Assembly (NCBI RefSeq): GCF_022045235.1
Contig: NW_027266268.1
Location: 6,138,001-6,202,000, forward strand
DNA length: 64,000 bases
Direction of reading: 5' to 3'
DNA from: Haliotis cracherodii
Taxonomy: Eukaryota
Shown here: in pieces, positions 46,456 through 59,176 of the stretch
Position numbering within the stretch: the stretch's first letter is position 1
Layout: each line of letters starts with the position of its first letter
Program-made: the position numbers and the translations under genes
Notes under the pieces: model-generated
The model's input: the letters and a program-made list of their open reading frames with translations, nothing else
Database searches by the model: none
Told to the model about the DNA's origin: nothing

Positions 46456-47729
46456 TAATATAGAAGCGGTGCTTGTCTACTATAATGCTACATGAGATAG
46501 GAAACCCAAACAACTGTCGGACAAGGACTTTTTCAGCAAAGATGTTACCGAGATGCTTTGCCACCGACATTTGACATTCCTAGTGGGTTGAGAAGTTTGT
46601 GCTGGAAACTACAAAATAATTATAAGGAATATTTGCCTGCAGTTATACCAGAAACAAGATGTTCGGAGTCGATGTTGCATGTGGCTATTGGAAGGTCTGC
46701 TCCTTGTTTGTTCTGCCTTTTATATACGACATGCTGCTGAATCGGCCAGTAACATTATATTTACACAGTTTGTTTTGTGATGTCTGTATTTTATATGAAT
46801 GTATGTCCTTGTAGTTTGCTTGTCTTACATTTTGGGTAGCTATTAGATCAGGAATCGTTACAGTGAAAACAATCGTTAGAGAAGAAATCGGTGCCTGAAT
46901 AGAATTACTTGTAAAACGTCGAATGTTGCAAGGAACAGTAAGTCACTGTGAGTGTTTACATTGTGGGGAAACACGTGGCCGGAGTGGGCGTGTCCTATCC
47001 CTTATCACGTGTGGTCAGTGGAAGCACCAGATGCACCAGGAAGTGGCCGACCTGGTGATGTTACGTCATCATGCAAGTGTTTAGGTTTGTTTGTGCTACA
47101 AATTGTGAGAATGCTTACACGACGGTTTTAGGATCCGAACATTTCAGATACATCACGGCGGGGTACATGAGTACTAGCAGGAATCGACCCCGAGAAAACC
47201 ACTTGGGTACCTCATTCTTTAAAGGAGAAATTACTTGAATATGTTGACTCCGGAGTGAGTGACTTTGGTTTAACGCCGCTTTGAACAGTATTCCTGTTAT
47301 ATGACGGCGTCTCAGCTTAATATTGGAGAAAACCCCAAAAGTTATTTAGGTCTCACACGATTACCACTTCGGTGAAACCCACGAGAACGGATATTGTGCT
47401 AACCGAATTAGAAACATAATCGGAGTGAACAGGGATTCTAACCAACGATCATAGGTTGCTGACGTGTCCAAGGGAAGTAACTCTGCACGGCGAATTGCGT
47501 CGCCATCGACAACTGGGCCACCCGCGCTCACAGTTGTTTCCATAAGGAGATTCGACTTCTGGTATCAAGAGCTTCGAGTGATTTCTCAGACTAAAACCTT
47601 GTTATGGTTGATACATCTCTTTATGATTTTGCACAATGGTCAGTGAATTCCTGGCTCAGAAACAACAGCACCCAGATGACGTTATCATAATGTTTAATCA
47701 GTAGGACAAAGTTGTTTCGAGTTAATAGA

Positions 47730-47890
47730 GTGAGTGAATATGTTTTTACGCCGCTTTTAGGAATATTCCAGCAATATCACGGCGGGGGACACCAGAAATG
47801 GGCTTCACACATTGTACCCATGTCGGGAATCGAACCCGGGTCTTCGGCGTAACGGATGAACGCTTAACCACTGGGCTATCCGACCGCCCC
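47730..47890 (-). mobile_element. SINE family 1
   Basis: Near-identical to the 21196 copy; imperfect ~14-bp TSD. Confidence 0.85.
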
Positions 47891-48269
47891 TCGAGTCAAT
47901 TGAGGACATGTGCTGTATGTTATGTGATTCAAATGTCTGTTACTTTGGGAACAATACAACAATTTTCTTATTTTATCCAAGTTGCTCTCAGTTATTTCAT
48001 TGTTATATTTATGTTATAACTATCAGTGATGTTAACATATATATTCGCCTTTATGCGTACACACGCTGTGTGAACCCAACTGTTATTTGCAAACTTAAAT
48101 CCTTATTGTTTTAGCTTGTTTGTTATTGCTTCGTTTTAATAAATCCTCAAACTACCAGTTGGTTTATCTTTGTCAATGCGACTTATTGCAATCGGTTTGT
48201 CTATTTATTCAATTGATATATTTTTTGCGTTCTCGTGTGTGTATTCAATCCCGCTCTTAAATCATTTTT

Positions 48270-48556
48270 GGGGACACGGGAGGCCCAGAAGTCTAAGGCG
48301 CCGCAATTCGCTGTGCAGACTTGCGTCCCTTGGGCAGGCCAGAAATTTACCTATGATTGTGGGTTCGAATCCCGGTTCGCCCCGATTATGTATCTAGGTT
48401 TGTCAGCACCATACCCGTGCTCGTGTGTTTCACCGAAATGATAAACGTCTGAGACCTGCATAACTTCGGGCTTTCCTCCCACATTAAGCTGACACGCCGT
48501 GATATTACTGGAATACTGTTAAAAGCTGCGTTAAACCCAACTCACTCAGTCACTCA
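48270..48556 (+). mobile_element. SINE family 2
   Basis: Full length; TSD CTTAAATCATTTT at 48256 and 48557. Other copies at about 9882-10130(-), 14478-14706(-), 17057-17294, 23764-24000(-), 44263-44323 and 47253-47525(-). Confidence 0.85.
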
Positions 48557-49063
48557 CTTAAATCATTTTGAGAATTACGAGTCGGCTCCTCTGTGTGTGA
48601 GACGTTACTGGGTGAAGCGGTCTAAGCATTAAGAGTGTTATTTCTCTCGAGTGACCTATCGATTTTATATTGTCAGATAAATACCGTATTTCATCACTGA
48701 AGTATATCTTAAAAAGTCATGTTACCATGTGGAAACAAATATTTAAATCAAGTTTTAAAGTTCGCGTTGTCCAGTTGGTCATTGTTAACACGAGTTTTAT
48801 ATTAACTACGTTTCCGCCGTGTCCTCAATACGTTAAATACAATATGCATTATGCACCAAGACACACAGACCGCGTGGGGCAGACAGTTTCAGTACTGAAG
48901 TCGGACATGCACTCTACCGCCTAACTGAGTTGCCTTTCAACGAAGCCCCCAGAGTAACAGTCCTTTGTGTGCTAGATCGCACGTATCTGGAGTACACTGT
49001 TGACATTGCGTTTGGTCGAAGTCCAATCGGTGTATCTTTACGATATCGTTGGTAAGATTCAAA

Positions 49064-52000
49064 ATGGCGAAACGGGTGGCGATCATTGGAGCCGGGTGTA
49101 GCGGTCTCACTGCCATCAAATGTTGTGTTGACGAAAAGCTGGAGCCGTTTTGTTTTGAGCGAACTGACGAGCTCGGGGGATTATGGAACTTTACGGAAAA
49201 AGTCCGCGAGGATCAGGGATGCGTGATGAAGTCGACTGTCATCAACACCAGCAAAGAGATGATGTGTTTCAGCGACTTTCCTATACCCAAAGAGTACCCC
49301 AATTTCATGCACAACACACAGGTAAACGCATTGCTTGGATCAAAATGACCGTTCGTGTTTGTTCACATCGAATGGGGCCTAGTATGGGTTTCATTTTGTA
49401 TTGAATTTATATTCAAGGTAAAATGATCCCTTCCACAGATAACACTTTTAATGTGATTATTTATGATCAGCTGAATATTATGCAGCTTGTCATATAAGTT
49501 TGTCTATCCCAATTTGAGTCAAAACGGATTAACATATTGCCTGAGTGCGGGCTAGTGAGTGAGTAAGTATGGTTTTACGCCGCTTTTAGCAATATTCCAG
49601 CAATATCACGGCGGGGGACAGCAGAAATGGGCTTCACACATTGTAACCATGTCGGGAATCGAACCCCGGTGTTCGGCGTGACGAGCGAACGTTTTAACCA
49701 CTTGGCTACCCGACCGCCCCTCTAACAATCAGTACGAGGGAGCTTTGTATTTTATATTGATTTCTCAGTGGCATCTCTTGGTCCAGCCTCTGTTGCCATT
49801 TTTTACCAGCATGGCATGCAAGTCAACAAAAACGATAACACCGTTATGGTATCGCTCTAAAATTTGGGGGTATTTTCAAGTACAAACATATATTTATCAT
49901 CTAAATAGTATATTTATTAAGGAAAATGCAGGCCACCCCAAGAGTATCAAATGGATGGTCCCATGTTTGTCTTGTCTGGTCCAATCTGGATTAATTTCAG
50001 ATCAGTGTGGTACAGCTTGGATGCTGTTCTATGCGGCATCTACCAACATTCACTCACTTTTGTGAATGGGATTCCCTGTCGGGGTTACTTCCCTTATGCG
50101 TGACATATATGTATGTGTGCGGGTTCGAATTCCAGGTTCTAGGTTTGGAACACCATACCAGTGCTCGCGGGAATCACCCAAATGGTAAACGTCTGAGACC
50201 TGAAGTACGTCATTCTGCTATATGGTATTGCATACGGATGAACGTCATTCAGCTATATGGTACTGCATACGGATGAACGTCACATTTGTACACTTTGTTA
50301 TCTCATGAGTCCAGGTCAAACGAAAAATTACACTGCTTTATCAAGACAGAAACAGGCGGCGACATCAACAGTACAGAACTCGACCTATTTTCATTTAATT
50401 TGTCATATGTTGGGCGATGGGGTAGCCTTGTGGTTAAAGCGTTTGCTCATCACGCCGGCGAGTGATGGGGAAAATGTGTGAAGTCCCATTTCGGCCGTGA
50501 TATTGCTGAAATGTGCTTAAAGCGGCCTAATTGGCGAACTCACTCACTCACTCACTCATTTGTCAAATTTTGGAGTATCTATCATAGTTCAAACAATCAG
50601 TAGGTTTGTGTGTGTAGGAGGAGTTATCTCAAGAATTTTGTTACAAAACTGCCAAAAACAATTTTTATAAACTATACAGGTCATCAGCAGGACCTCATAA
50701 ACGTAAAAGAGAAGTTATCGTAAGAATTGCAGTTCAATATGTTACAAACCAAACCAAAAGCTAAAGAAAAACTATTCAGGTGACCTCATGACTCTATTGT
50801 AAAGTTTTCTGACTCAAGGTATGGCAGTACTTCAAGATGTACGCAGATGCCTTCAACCTGAGCAAACACATCCAATACAACAAAGAGATCCTGTCTGTGA
50901 AGAAATCACGTGACTACGAGCAGACCGGAAGGTGGGATCTGCAGGTCAGAGATCACAGGACCGGAAGTGAGGAGACGCAGGTGTTTGACGCGGTGATGGT
51001 GTGCACCGGCCATCACGCCAGCAAGAACGTGCCGGACTTTACAGGCCAAGATGACTTCCAGGGGGAGATCCTTCACTCTCACGACTACAAGGACTGGACC
51101 GGGTACACTGGGAAGAGGGTGGTGGTTGTCGGGGTCGGCAATTCAGGCGGGGACGCAGCTGTGGAGCTGAGCAGGGTGGGGCAGGTGAGAGATGATGACC
51201 TTTTATTTGGCTTTATTTAGTCCTGGATTCACGTTTTATGTCAACATGGCGGATAGGGGTGGCACACAGGAACTCGATATTGCTCTATGTAAAAATATAC
51301 GCCCCCTATACTCCATAAAAGACTTTAGGGGGGCGTTTATTTTTACAAAGAGCAATATCGAGTTCCTGTGATCTTTTGAGTGGTACATCCTGTGTTTACT
51401 TTGGAAACGATTTCAATTCAAGCTGATTCGGGATATTTAGATGAGTGGATCACGTCCCCAGTGTACCATGCTTGTACCATTATTGCCAGTCTCAGACGCC
51501 ATTGTCTTCATGCTGCGGTGACATGGCTGGAATATTGCTAACTGAGCGCAAAGACCATTCACTTGTCATCATTCTATGGGCGACCCCTTGGGGATTCGGG
51601 GTTAGAAGTGGTCCCCAGAAATATATGCTGGTAGTAGGGGCGACTTATTGGTCTGTCTGGGTGACACGGAGCTTGCGTGTCATAATACCCAGACGGCGTG
51701 GATCGTTGCTCACAATATTAATCACTGGATTGCCTGGTCCAGACTCGATTATTTACTGGCCGCCGTCATATAGCTGGGATATTGCTGAGGGCGGCGTTAA
51801 AAAACAAACAGACACATACACATACAAACACTTGGTTGTATAACGTTCTGTAAAAGGCCACATGACCAGGAATAAATAGGCCAATCTGTACGGGTCCCTA
51901 GCCATGGGCCGCTCTTTGGGATTGCGTTTTCACTTCCATAAATGAGTTTCTACGACACATGAAGACCAGATTCTTGTGTCCACAGGTGTTTCTGAGCACG

Positions 52001-54167
52001 AGGCGCGGTACCTGGGTGCTCAACAGAATTTCGGACAATGGCATCCCCGTAGACTTTCTACGATCAACACGTTTCATCAATAAGATTCGACACACTTTGT
52101 CCCGGGATACTCTCAGCAGCATCGCTCAGAAACAGCTCAACAAACGTTTCGACCACGCGTTATACTCTTTGAAGCCTAAACACTCGGTGCTTGCCCAACA
52201 TCCAACTGTAAACGATGACCTGCCCAATCGAATCGCGACTGGCCGATTGAAGGTAAAAGCGGACATCAAGAGGTTTACCAAGACTGGCGTGGAGTTTGTT
52301 GACGGGACGGTGGAAGATAACATTGACGTTGTCATACTGGCTACAGGGTATATATTCGGCTTCCCGTTTATTGACAAGTCTGTGATCGATGTTCAGAAGA
52401 ATAAGGTCAAGATGTTCAAGTATATGTTTCCACCTGACTTGCCGAAACAGACATTGGTGGTGATTGGTTGTTTTCAACCTCTCGGCGCCATTATGCCCAT
52501 TACGGAATTGCAGTGTCGCCTAGCAACCAGAGTATTCAAAGTAAGAAGTTTTCTTTTTTCTGGTTAATTTTTGGGAAAATGTTTATATCGGAAAATATGA
52601 GACACTTAAATTATCTGCACAATCCGATTCTCGGAATATTAAACGTCTGTTTAAACAGTGTCCCAATATTTTAGTGTTTTGTGTTAGCAAGAACATTTGC
52701 TCTATGTTCCTTGTACCTCATGTGTATTCCATGGTATTCCATATGTCTTGTTCTCTGTCCACCAGGGCACCTGCAGTCTCCCGTCAAAGTACGAGATGTG
52801 GGCGGACATTGGGAAGAAGGAGGCGGCCATGGCGGCGAGATATGTCGAGTCCCAGCGACACACAATCCAGGTCGACTACGTCGACTTCATGGACGAACTT
52901 GCGGAACTTGTAGGATGTCGACCAGCTATAGGTGAGGACTGGGTTATCTGGGTTAGAACCACACCAACCGAAATTGTTATATATAGTTGTGTGAGTGAGT
53001 GGGTATTTTTTTAACACCGCTTTCAGCAATATCATAGCCACGAAATGGCTATTTCCAATCCTTTGTGTGTAGCTAATATGTAGACGAGTGTTATTTGCCC
53101 TCAGGTTGGGTGTTGGGTAAACTGGTAAGTAGGGGAGTTGAGGATTATCCCTCATAATCCCGTGCCTTTCCTTTCCTGACCTTACCGACCGCCTCCGTGG
53201 TCTAGTGGTAGAGCGTCCGCCCGGAGAGCGGAAGGTTCAGGATTCGATCCCCGGCCGCGTCATACCAAAAGACGTTAAAAGAGGGTACTTGTTATTACCC
53301 TATCTGGCGCTCGGCATTAAGGGGCTAAAACAAGGACTGGTCGGCTCGGAAACAGTATACTGTGTCTGAGTGGGGTATTCATGTTAAACTGTGGCATTGT
53401 ATCTCAGTGAGCTAGCACTATAAATCGGCATCAGTCCGGACTAGTACAAGCAGCCACACAAACACACACGTACATGCACGTCGCTATATAAGTGCAATAA
53501 TCTTGGACGCGACGTTAAACCCCCCTTTCACCTCACCTCGCCTTACCCTACCTCCCTGTCCACTTCGTCCCAATCGATCATCGTAGGAAGGCATCCATAT
53601 GCCACACATTCGTAGATTAACGCCGCAATCAGAAATACTCGAGCTGTTTGATAGTAGCCTATACATAATCGAGTCTGACAGACAAACCAGTGATTGGTAT
53701 CATGAGCATCGACCCGTACAGTTGAGAAACGATGACACGCAATCATCAAAGTCAGCTGAATTTGACTGGTAAGAAATTATACTTTGGTCCTAAAACAATT
53801 TTACTGATCGGTTCCATTACCCCGGATAGAGACACAGAACGTAGGTTCCTGGTCCGCATTTTTAATCTGACCACAGTGAAATATTGTTGCTACTCTTCTT
53901 TCTGTTCAAGGTCATCTTCTATTGACCGATCTGAAACTTGGACTCCAGTGCTACTTCGGCCCAACCACCCCCTACCAATACCGCCTGAGGGGGCCGGGCA
54001 CGTGGTCGGGGGCCCGGGAGGCTATCATGACCCAGACAGATAGAATGGAGTACCCCTTTAAGACCAGACCCCTCCCTGAAGGTGCACAGACACAGTCGTC
54101 CCACAGACTCCTCAAACAGGTGTTACTGGTGCTGGTCATTGCCGTCCTTTACCAACTGTTCTTTTAA
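49064..54167 (+). CDS. FMO5: FMO5-like copy D; join(49064..49321,50819..51184,51986..52540,52766..52931,53911..54167), 533 aa
   Basis: Same motifs; GT-AG introns (exon-2 acceptor is AAG); open frame. Confidence 0.93.
49555..49720 (-). mobile_element. SINE family 1
   Basis: Sequence match to the family. Confidence 0.85.
51265..51370. mobile_element. 106-bp foldback (MITE-like) in FMO-D intron 2
   Basis: ~43-bp near-perfect inverted arms CACAGGAACTCGATATTGCTC.../...GAGCAATATCGAGTTCCTGTG. Confidence 0.7.
51582..51810 (+). mobile_element. Diverged SINE-like family 3 copy
   Basis: Conserved 3' half; head carries compensatory stem changes. Confidence 0.7.
53187..53539 (+). mobile_element. tRNA-derived SINE family 4 (central domain resembles MetaSINE; (TCACC)n tail)
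   Basis: A box TGGTCTAGTGG, B-box-like GATTCGATCCC, body GTCATACCAAAAGACGTTAAAA...CTGGCGCTCGGCATTAAGGG. The superfamily resemblance is from memory and unverified. Partial copies at about 17930-18210(+), 18298-18410(-) and 55524-55614. Confidence 0.75.
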
Positions 54168-55916
54168 AAGCGATGTCAGGAGTTTGTAGATTGATGTTTA
54201 CTCATGGATGTTTTGTCTTATATTCAGGGATTTACATATTTGACTCAGATGACCATACGCTTCCCATGGTGGAATTCCAGATCAAGAAACTGTCAGGGGA
54301 TTTTCCGATTGACAGTCAAAAACTTTCTGTTAATGTTTAACAATGGGGGCTGTTATCCTACATCTGACTAGGGACAATAATACTAACTTAGGGAAAAGTC
54401 AGAGACCGAAACCACTGAATCAACTATATTACTGCTGAATTAAATTTTCACACACTGAATAATAACATGTATTCATGAACTACTTATTATGATAATATAC
54501 TGTTTTGATAATAATACCACTCAAAAGAAGTAAAGAAAAGTCCAACAGTTAATTTGTCATGGTTGGTGGTATTGCAACACACAGCCTTCCAGTTGTGGGT
54601 TTTCTTTGACTTGTTTTGAGCAGTATATATTGATAAGGAACGGCGCTTGTCTGTTCTACGGTACCATGAGGTTGGGAAACTCACCACCTATCAGACAAGG
54701 AACTTTGAGGAAAAATGCCTTAGTGCTTTGACACAGACAATTTGACATTCTTTGTGGGAAGGGGTTTGGTGTAAATTGCTGCAAAAAATAAATAATTCTG
54801 CCCCAGGTTATGTAGGTCACGGGTAGTCTGTCCTTTGTTTGTTTGTCCTTTTACATCTGCAGAATCGGCGGCCAGTAACATTAGATTGACACGACTGTAT
54901 ATGTATCGAGTATTGTATATGCCTGTATGTCCTTTGTCACTTGGCTATCCATGTTGGTAGCCACATGATCGGACCTCGTCAGGTGAAAACATTCTGACGA
55001 CTAGAACCATTTCATAGTAGATTCTCTATGATTTTGCATAATGAGATAGTTGCTTCAGTTTTACTTGTTAGAATGCGCGTTCAGAATGGCCAATGACTTC
55101 ATGGCTCTGAATCAGCTACAACCATAGAGCCATCGCAATGGTTTAATCAGCAAGACAAAGTTGTATGTTTCGCGTCAATAGACGGCATGTGCTGCATATA
55201 CTGTGATTCAAATGTCTGTGTTACGTTGGGAACAATACCACAGTCATCATATATACACTAAGTTGCTCATGGAGATTTTATTGTTGTATTTTATACGGAA
55301 ATCTAAAATGTACAATTTTTAAATATATTTTTGTTTTTCCTCAAAATAAACCACTACAATTTTAACGCGTTATTCTTTATCAGCTGGAGACAAGAGTGAG
55401 TGAGTTAGTTGGGTTTAACGCTGCTATGAACTGTATTTCAGTTACATCAGCGGAGCGTGAAGATCCGGGTTAGAATAGAATAGCAACCCATGCTTGCCGT
55501 AACAGGCGACTATGCTTGCCGTAGACGACCTCCGTGGTCTAGTGGTAGAGCGTGCATGCACGTCGCTATATAAGTGCAATAATCTTGGACGCGACGCGAC
55601 GCATTTCACCTCACCTATGCTTGCCGTAAGTGGTCCAACTCACTAACTTGTCATCGTAACACAATTCCGTATATCGATGTTCATGATTACAATTTACCCG
55701 ACTCGATTATTTACAGGCCGCTGTCATATAGCTAGAATGTTGTTGAGTGCGGCGTTAAACAACAAAGAAACAAACATCACGGCGTGCCAGCATGAAGTCT
55801 GAATTCATGTGGGTCACAGCGACGACTGTTGTAGACGTTTTCGATACTGAACAATAAATGTTGGTGATCTTGAATGTTATTATAAATTTGTGCGCTCAGA
55901 CTTTACTTAAGTCTAC

Positions 55917-56184
55917 GGCCCGTGAAGATCTGGGGTAGAGTAGGTCTTCTGCAACCCATGCTTGCCGTAAAGGGCGACTATGCTTGTCGTAAGAGGCGAC
56001 TAACGGGATCGGGTGGTCAGGCTCGCTGACTTGGTTGATGCATGTCATCGTATGCCAATTGCGTAGATCGATGCTCGTGATGTCAATCACTGGGTTGTCT
56101 GGTCCAGACTCGATTATTTACAGACCGCCGTCATATAGCTGGAATATTGCTGAGTGCGGCATCAAACAACAAACAAACTTACAA
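55917..56184 (+). mobile_element. SINE-like family 3 with a non-tRNA structured head and (AAAC)n tail
   Basis: TSD ACTTAAGTCTAC at 55905 and 56185; shares the GCTGGAATATTGCT...GCGGCGTTAAAC 3' end with families 1 and 2. Confidence 0.85.
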
Positions 56185-57232
56185 ACTTAAGTCTACAAAA
56201 ATATCCCTAAAGATATTAATGGTCTCTACCTTGTTTTGTTCAGTATACTTTCACAGAATGGTCCTGACACACCAAGAAGTAGATATAGCCTCTGCGCGGA
56301 GAACGAAAGGTCGTAGGTTACAACACCGGCCGCGTTAAAAGGACGTTAAAAGATGGTATTTTAAAGTAGCCAGCAGTCTGTGTACCATGGTTCGAATTCA
56401 AGACTCTGTTCATTTTGGGCTTGTCAGCACGATAACCGCACTCATGGGTTTCCCAAAAGTAGTGCTCGTCTACGAATGCTCACCACGTTAACATTCATAA
56501 CCACTCGTGTTATTCCGGACATGGCTACGGACATCTGCGAGTAATAACGAATGCTTATGGTCCATTCGTCACCACTCGCCCCTTTCCGTAACCTGCAAGA
56601 AGATTCGGCTTGTCCCGGAATAACACGAGTTGGTCACGAATAGCTTATGGTCCAAACAAAGGTTGCAGAAGCTTCGTACAATCACTCTATACTCATACGC
56701 TCATTCCACTGGAAATGGTTTTTATTTCATATGAACACCAGTGATTATCTTCGAAAAGAGTGAGTTGGGTTTAAGGCCGCTTGGAACAGTATATAGAACA
56801 GTGTAAAAGAACGGCGTGTCAGCTTAATGTGGGAGAAAAGCCCGAAGTGATCGCCATTTGGATATACAGTTATAAAAAGTATGTCGATTATATCCACCGC
56901 CAGTGCTTTACTAGCTATTCTCTCATTTGAAGGATAAAATATATCTGAAGGGTATGAAATCCGTATATTTTGACTCAGCTGATTTTAATTGTGAGGCAAG
57001 ATTTTAAAATTATGCCAAAGTTTGTTTGTTTTTCGGATATCGAGGGTCAACGGATGGATGGACAATGACACTGCCAAAACACGTGTTAATTTCTAAGCGG
57101 GAATTGTGATCTCTCTTTCATCCCTTTCTTCACACAACAGTATACACGATGAATGGGAATGTTTCAACCTCACATAAAAAACATATTTTGCCATCATAAA
57201 AGTAATGCAAAAACATTCACGTCCACTCCTAC

Positions 57233-57470
57233 CGGGGCCGGTGGGTTAGCCCAGTGGCTTAAACATTCACTTGTCACATCGAAAGCCGGGTTTCGATTCC
57301 CCATATGGGTGCAATGTGTGAAGCCCATTTCTGTGTCCCCCGCCCTGATATTGCTGGAACATTGCTAAAGGCGGCGTAAAACCTCACTCACTCACCCACC
57401 CACCCACCCACCCACCCACTCACTCACTCACTCACTCACTCACTCACTCACACACTCACTCACTCACTCA
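57233..57470 (+). mobile_element. SINE family 1 with an expanded (ACCC)/(ACTC) tail
   Basis: Sequence match to the family. Confidence 0.8.
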
Positions 57471-57526
57471 CTTCCATTGTGGAGTACCCACCACAACACA
57501 TGTACAGATACACCATGGTGTTATAT

Positions 57527-57642
57527 GTAGAGGGGAATGTCCGAGTAACTCTCCATTCCTTACAAATAATGGAGCAGAGGCCACGCAGGGGCCGAGGCCC
57601 ATTATTTTTAAGGAATGAAAAGTTACGAGGATATTCCCCTAC
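57527..57642. mobile_element. Imperfect palindromic element end
   Basis: Arms GGGGAATGTCCGAGTAACTCTCCATTCCTTACAAATAATGG / CCATTATTTTTAAGGAATGAAAAGTTACGAGGATATTCCCC; part repeated at ~57743. Confidence 0.55.
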
Positions 57643-59176
57643 TTAAAACTCATCCCTACTTTTACACTTTTACAAAATATTCTGTAGTTGAAAATATTTG
57701 AAAAATTCAAATGCTGCTTCAAGATAATGAGAGTTGACAAGCAACTCTCCATTCCTGAAACATAATGGAGCGTTCAAATAATAGAATGACGTCACAGATG
57801 TGTTTTAAATCCACGTCTTCGGCGTTCATACGGTCACACTTTCTGAAGTTTAATTGCCATGGCGTATACGTATTTAATCATTCATATGTTCTGGTGAAAT
57901 ATTGATCGAGTTGTTTATCTATCGTGTAAAACTGATAGTAAATTAACAAATACGATGATTGTTTTTAATTGAAGATGTTTCTCATCGTAGAATCAATATT
58001 AGGTTTTGTTCTTATATATCAAAGACGTCTTGTCATATGACAACCATACCATCACAGGCAACAGACATCGGAGAGTGCTGGTAGAGATTTACTAGAGCAT
58101 TAAAACGTGATAAAGTGTCACGGGGGATGGTAATAGAGAGATACGTGAATTCTAACATTTCAGTCAGTCTGATAAAGGAGTTTAGAGTGAGCGTGCGAGT
58201 ATGCAATCTCCCGACAATATCAATACAATATATCGTAATACAGGCAACTGTTTTTATTCTCTTCGGTTGGGAATTTTATATCCCAAAGGTCACGAAGCTA
58301 CTTACTTACATAAGGCTCCGCAAATCGCTGAGCAGAGTTGCGTCCCTTAGGTAGTGCTTGTTTATAGCGTTTTATGTTCCATATTCGCCCCGATTGTGAT
58401 CCTCGGTCTGTCAATACCATACACGTCCTTGTTAGTGTCACAAAAAATGTTTTGTTTGTTGTTTAACGCCGCACTGAACACTTTTCCATCTTTATTACAA
58501 TCCAGTGATTGTCAACATGAGCATCGACAACTAGGACACACAAACATGCATCAACCAAATCAGCGAGCCTGACCACCTGCTCCCGTTAGTGGCCTCTTAC
58601 GACAAGCAGAGTCGCATTTACTGCAAACATGGGTTGGTGTAGACCTATTCTACCCGGATCTTCAAAAAGCAGTAAAAGTCTAATTCATCCGCTTCGGGCT
58701 TAACGGCAACTGTATACAGCGGTGTTAATCCTCAACTCACTAACCACAAGGGTGGAGCAGTCTGGAGGCTAAAGTGTTCACTCGTCACACTGAAGGCCGG
58801 GTTTAGATTCGCCACATGGGTACAATGTGTGAAGCCCATTTCTGGTGTCCTCCGCCGTGATTTTGCTGGGATATTGCTAAGAGTGGCGTTAAACTATACT
58901 CACTAACGCAGGCGTGGACAAGACACACCACTGCGAGCATGGAACCACCTCTTCGGAGTAAACGTACATGCTAAGTCAGCCAGGTATCTCACCATTCTCT
59001 ATAAGAAAATACAGCAGCCGTTGCCATTCGATGCGTTTTATAATCCCCTATTACAACAACTCTAGGTAGCATGCACCATGGCCTCAGAGTGAGTGAGTGA
59101 ATGTTGTTTTCGTCGGAGTCAGCAATGTTCAGGATGTCACGCTGACCTCTAAATGTCTGTATACTTTCATGAAAAT

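Noticed and set aside
50777-50818. AAG acceptor of FMO-D exon 2 as an inactivating lesion, with an upstream poison CAG 39 nt away
   Set aside because: AAG acceptors are also used at exon 5 of A, C and D, and the upstream AG lacks a polypyrimidine tract.
11727-52477. Recurring antisense ORFs over FMO exon 3
   Set aside because: Shadows of the conserved sense codons; they recur only because the exon is duplicated.
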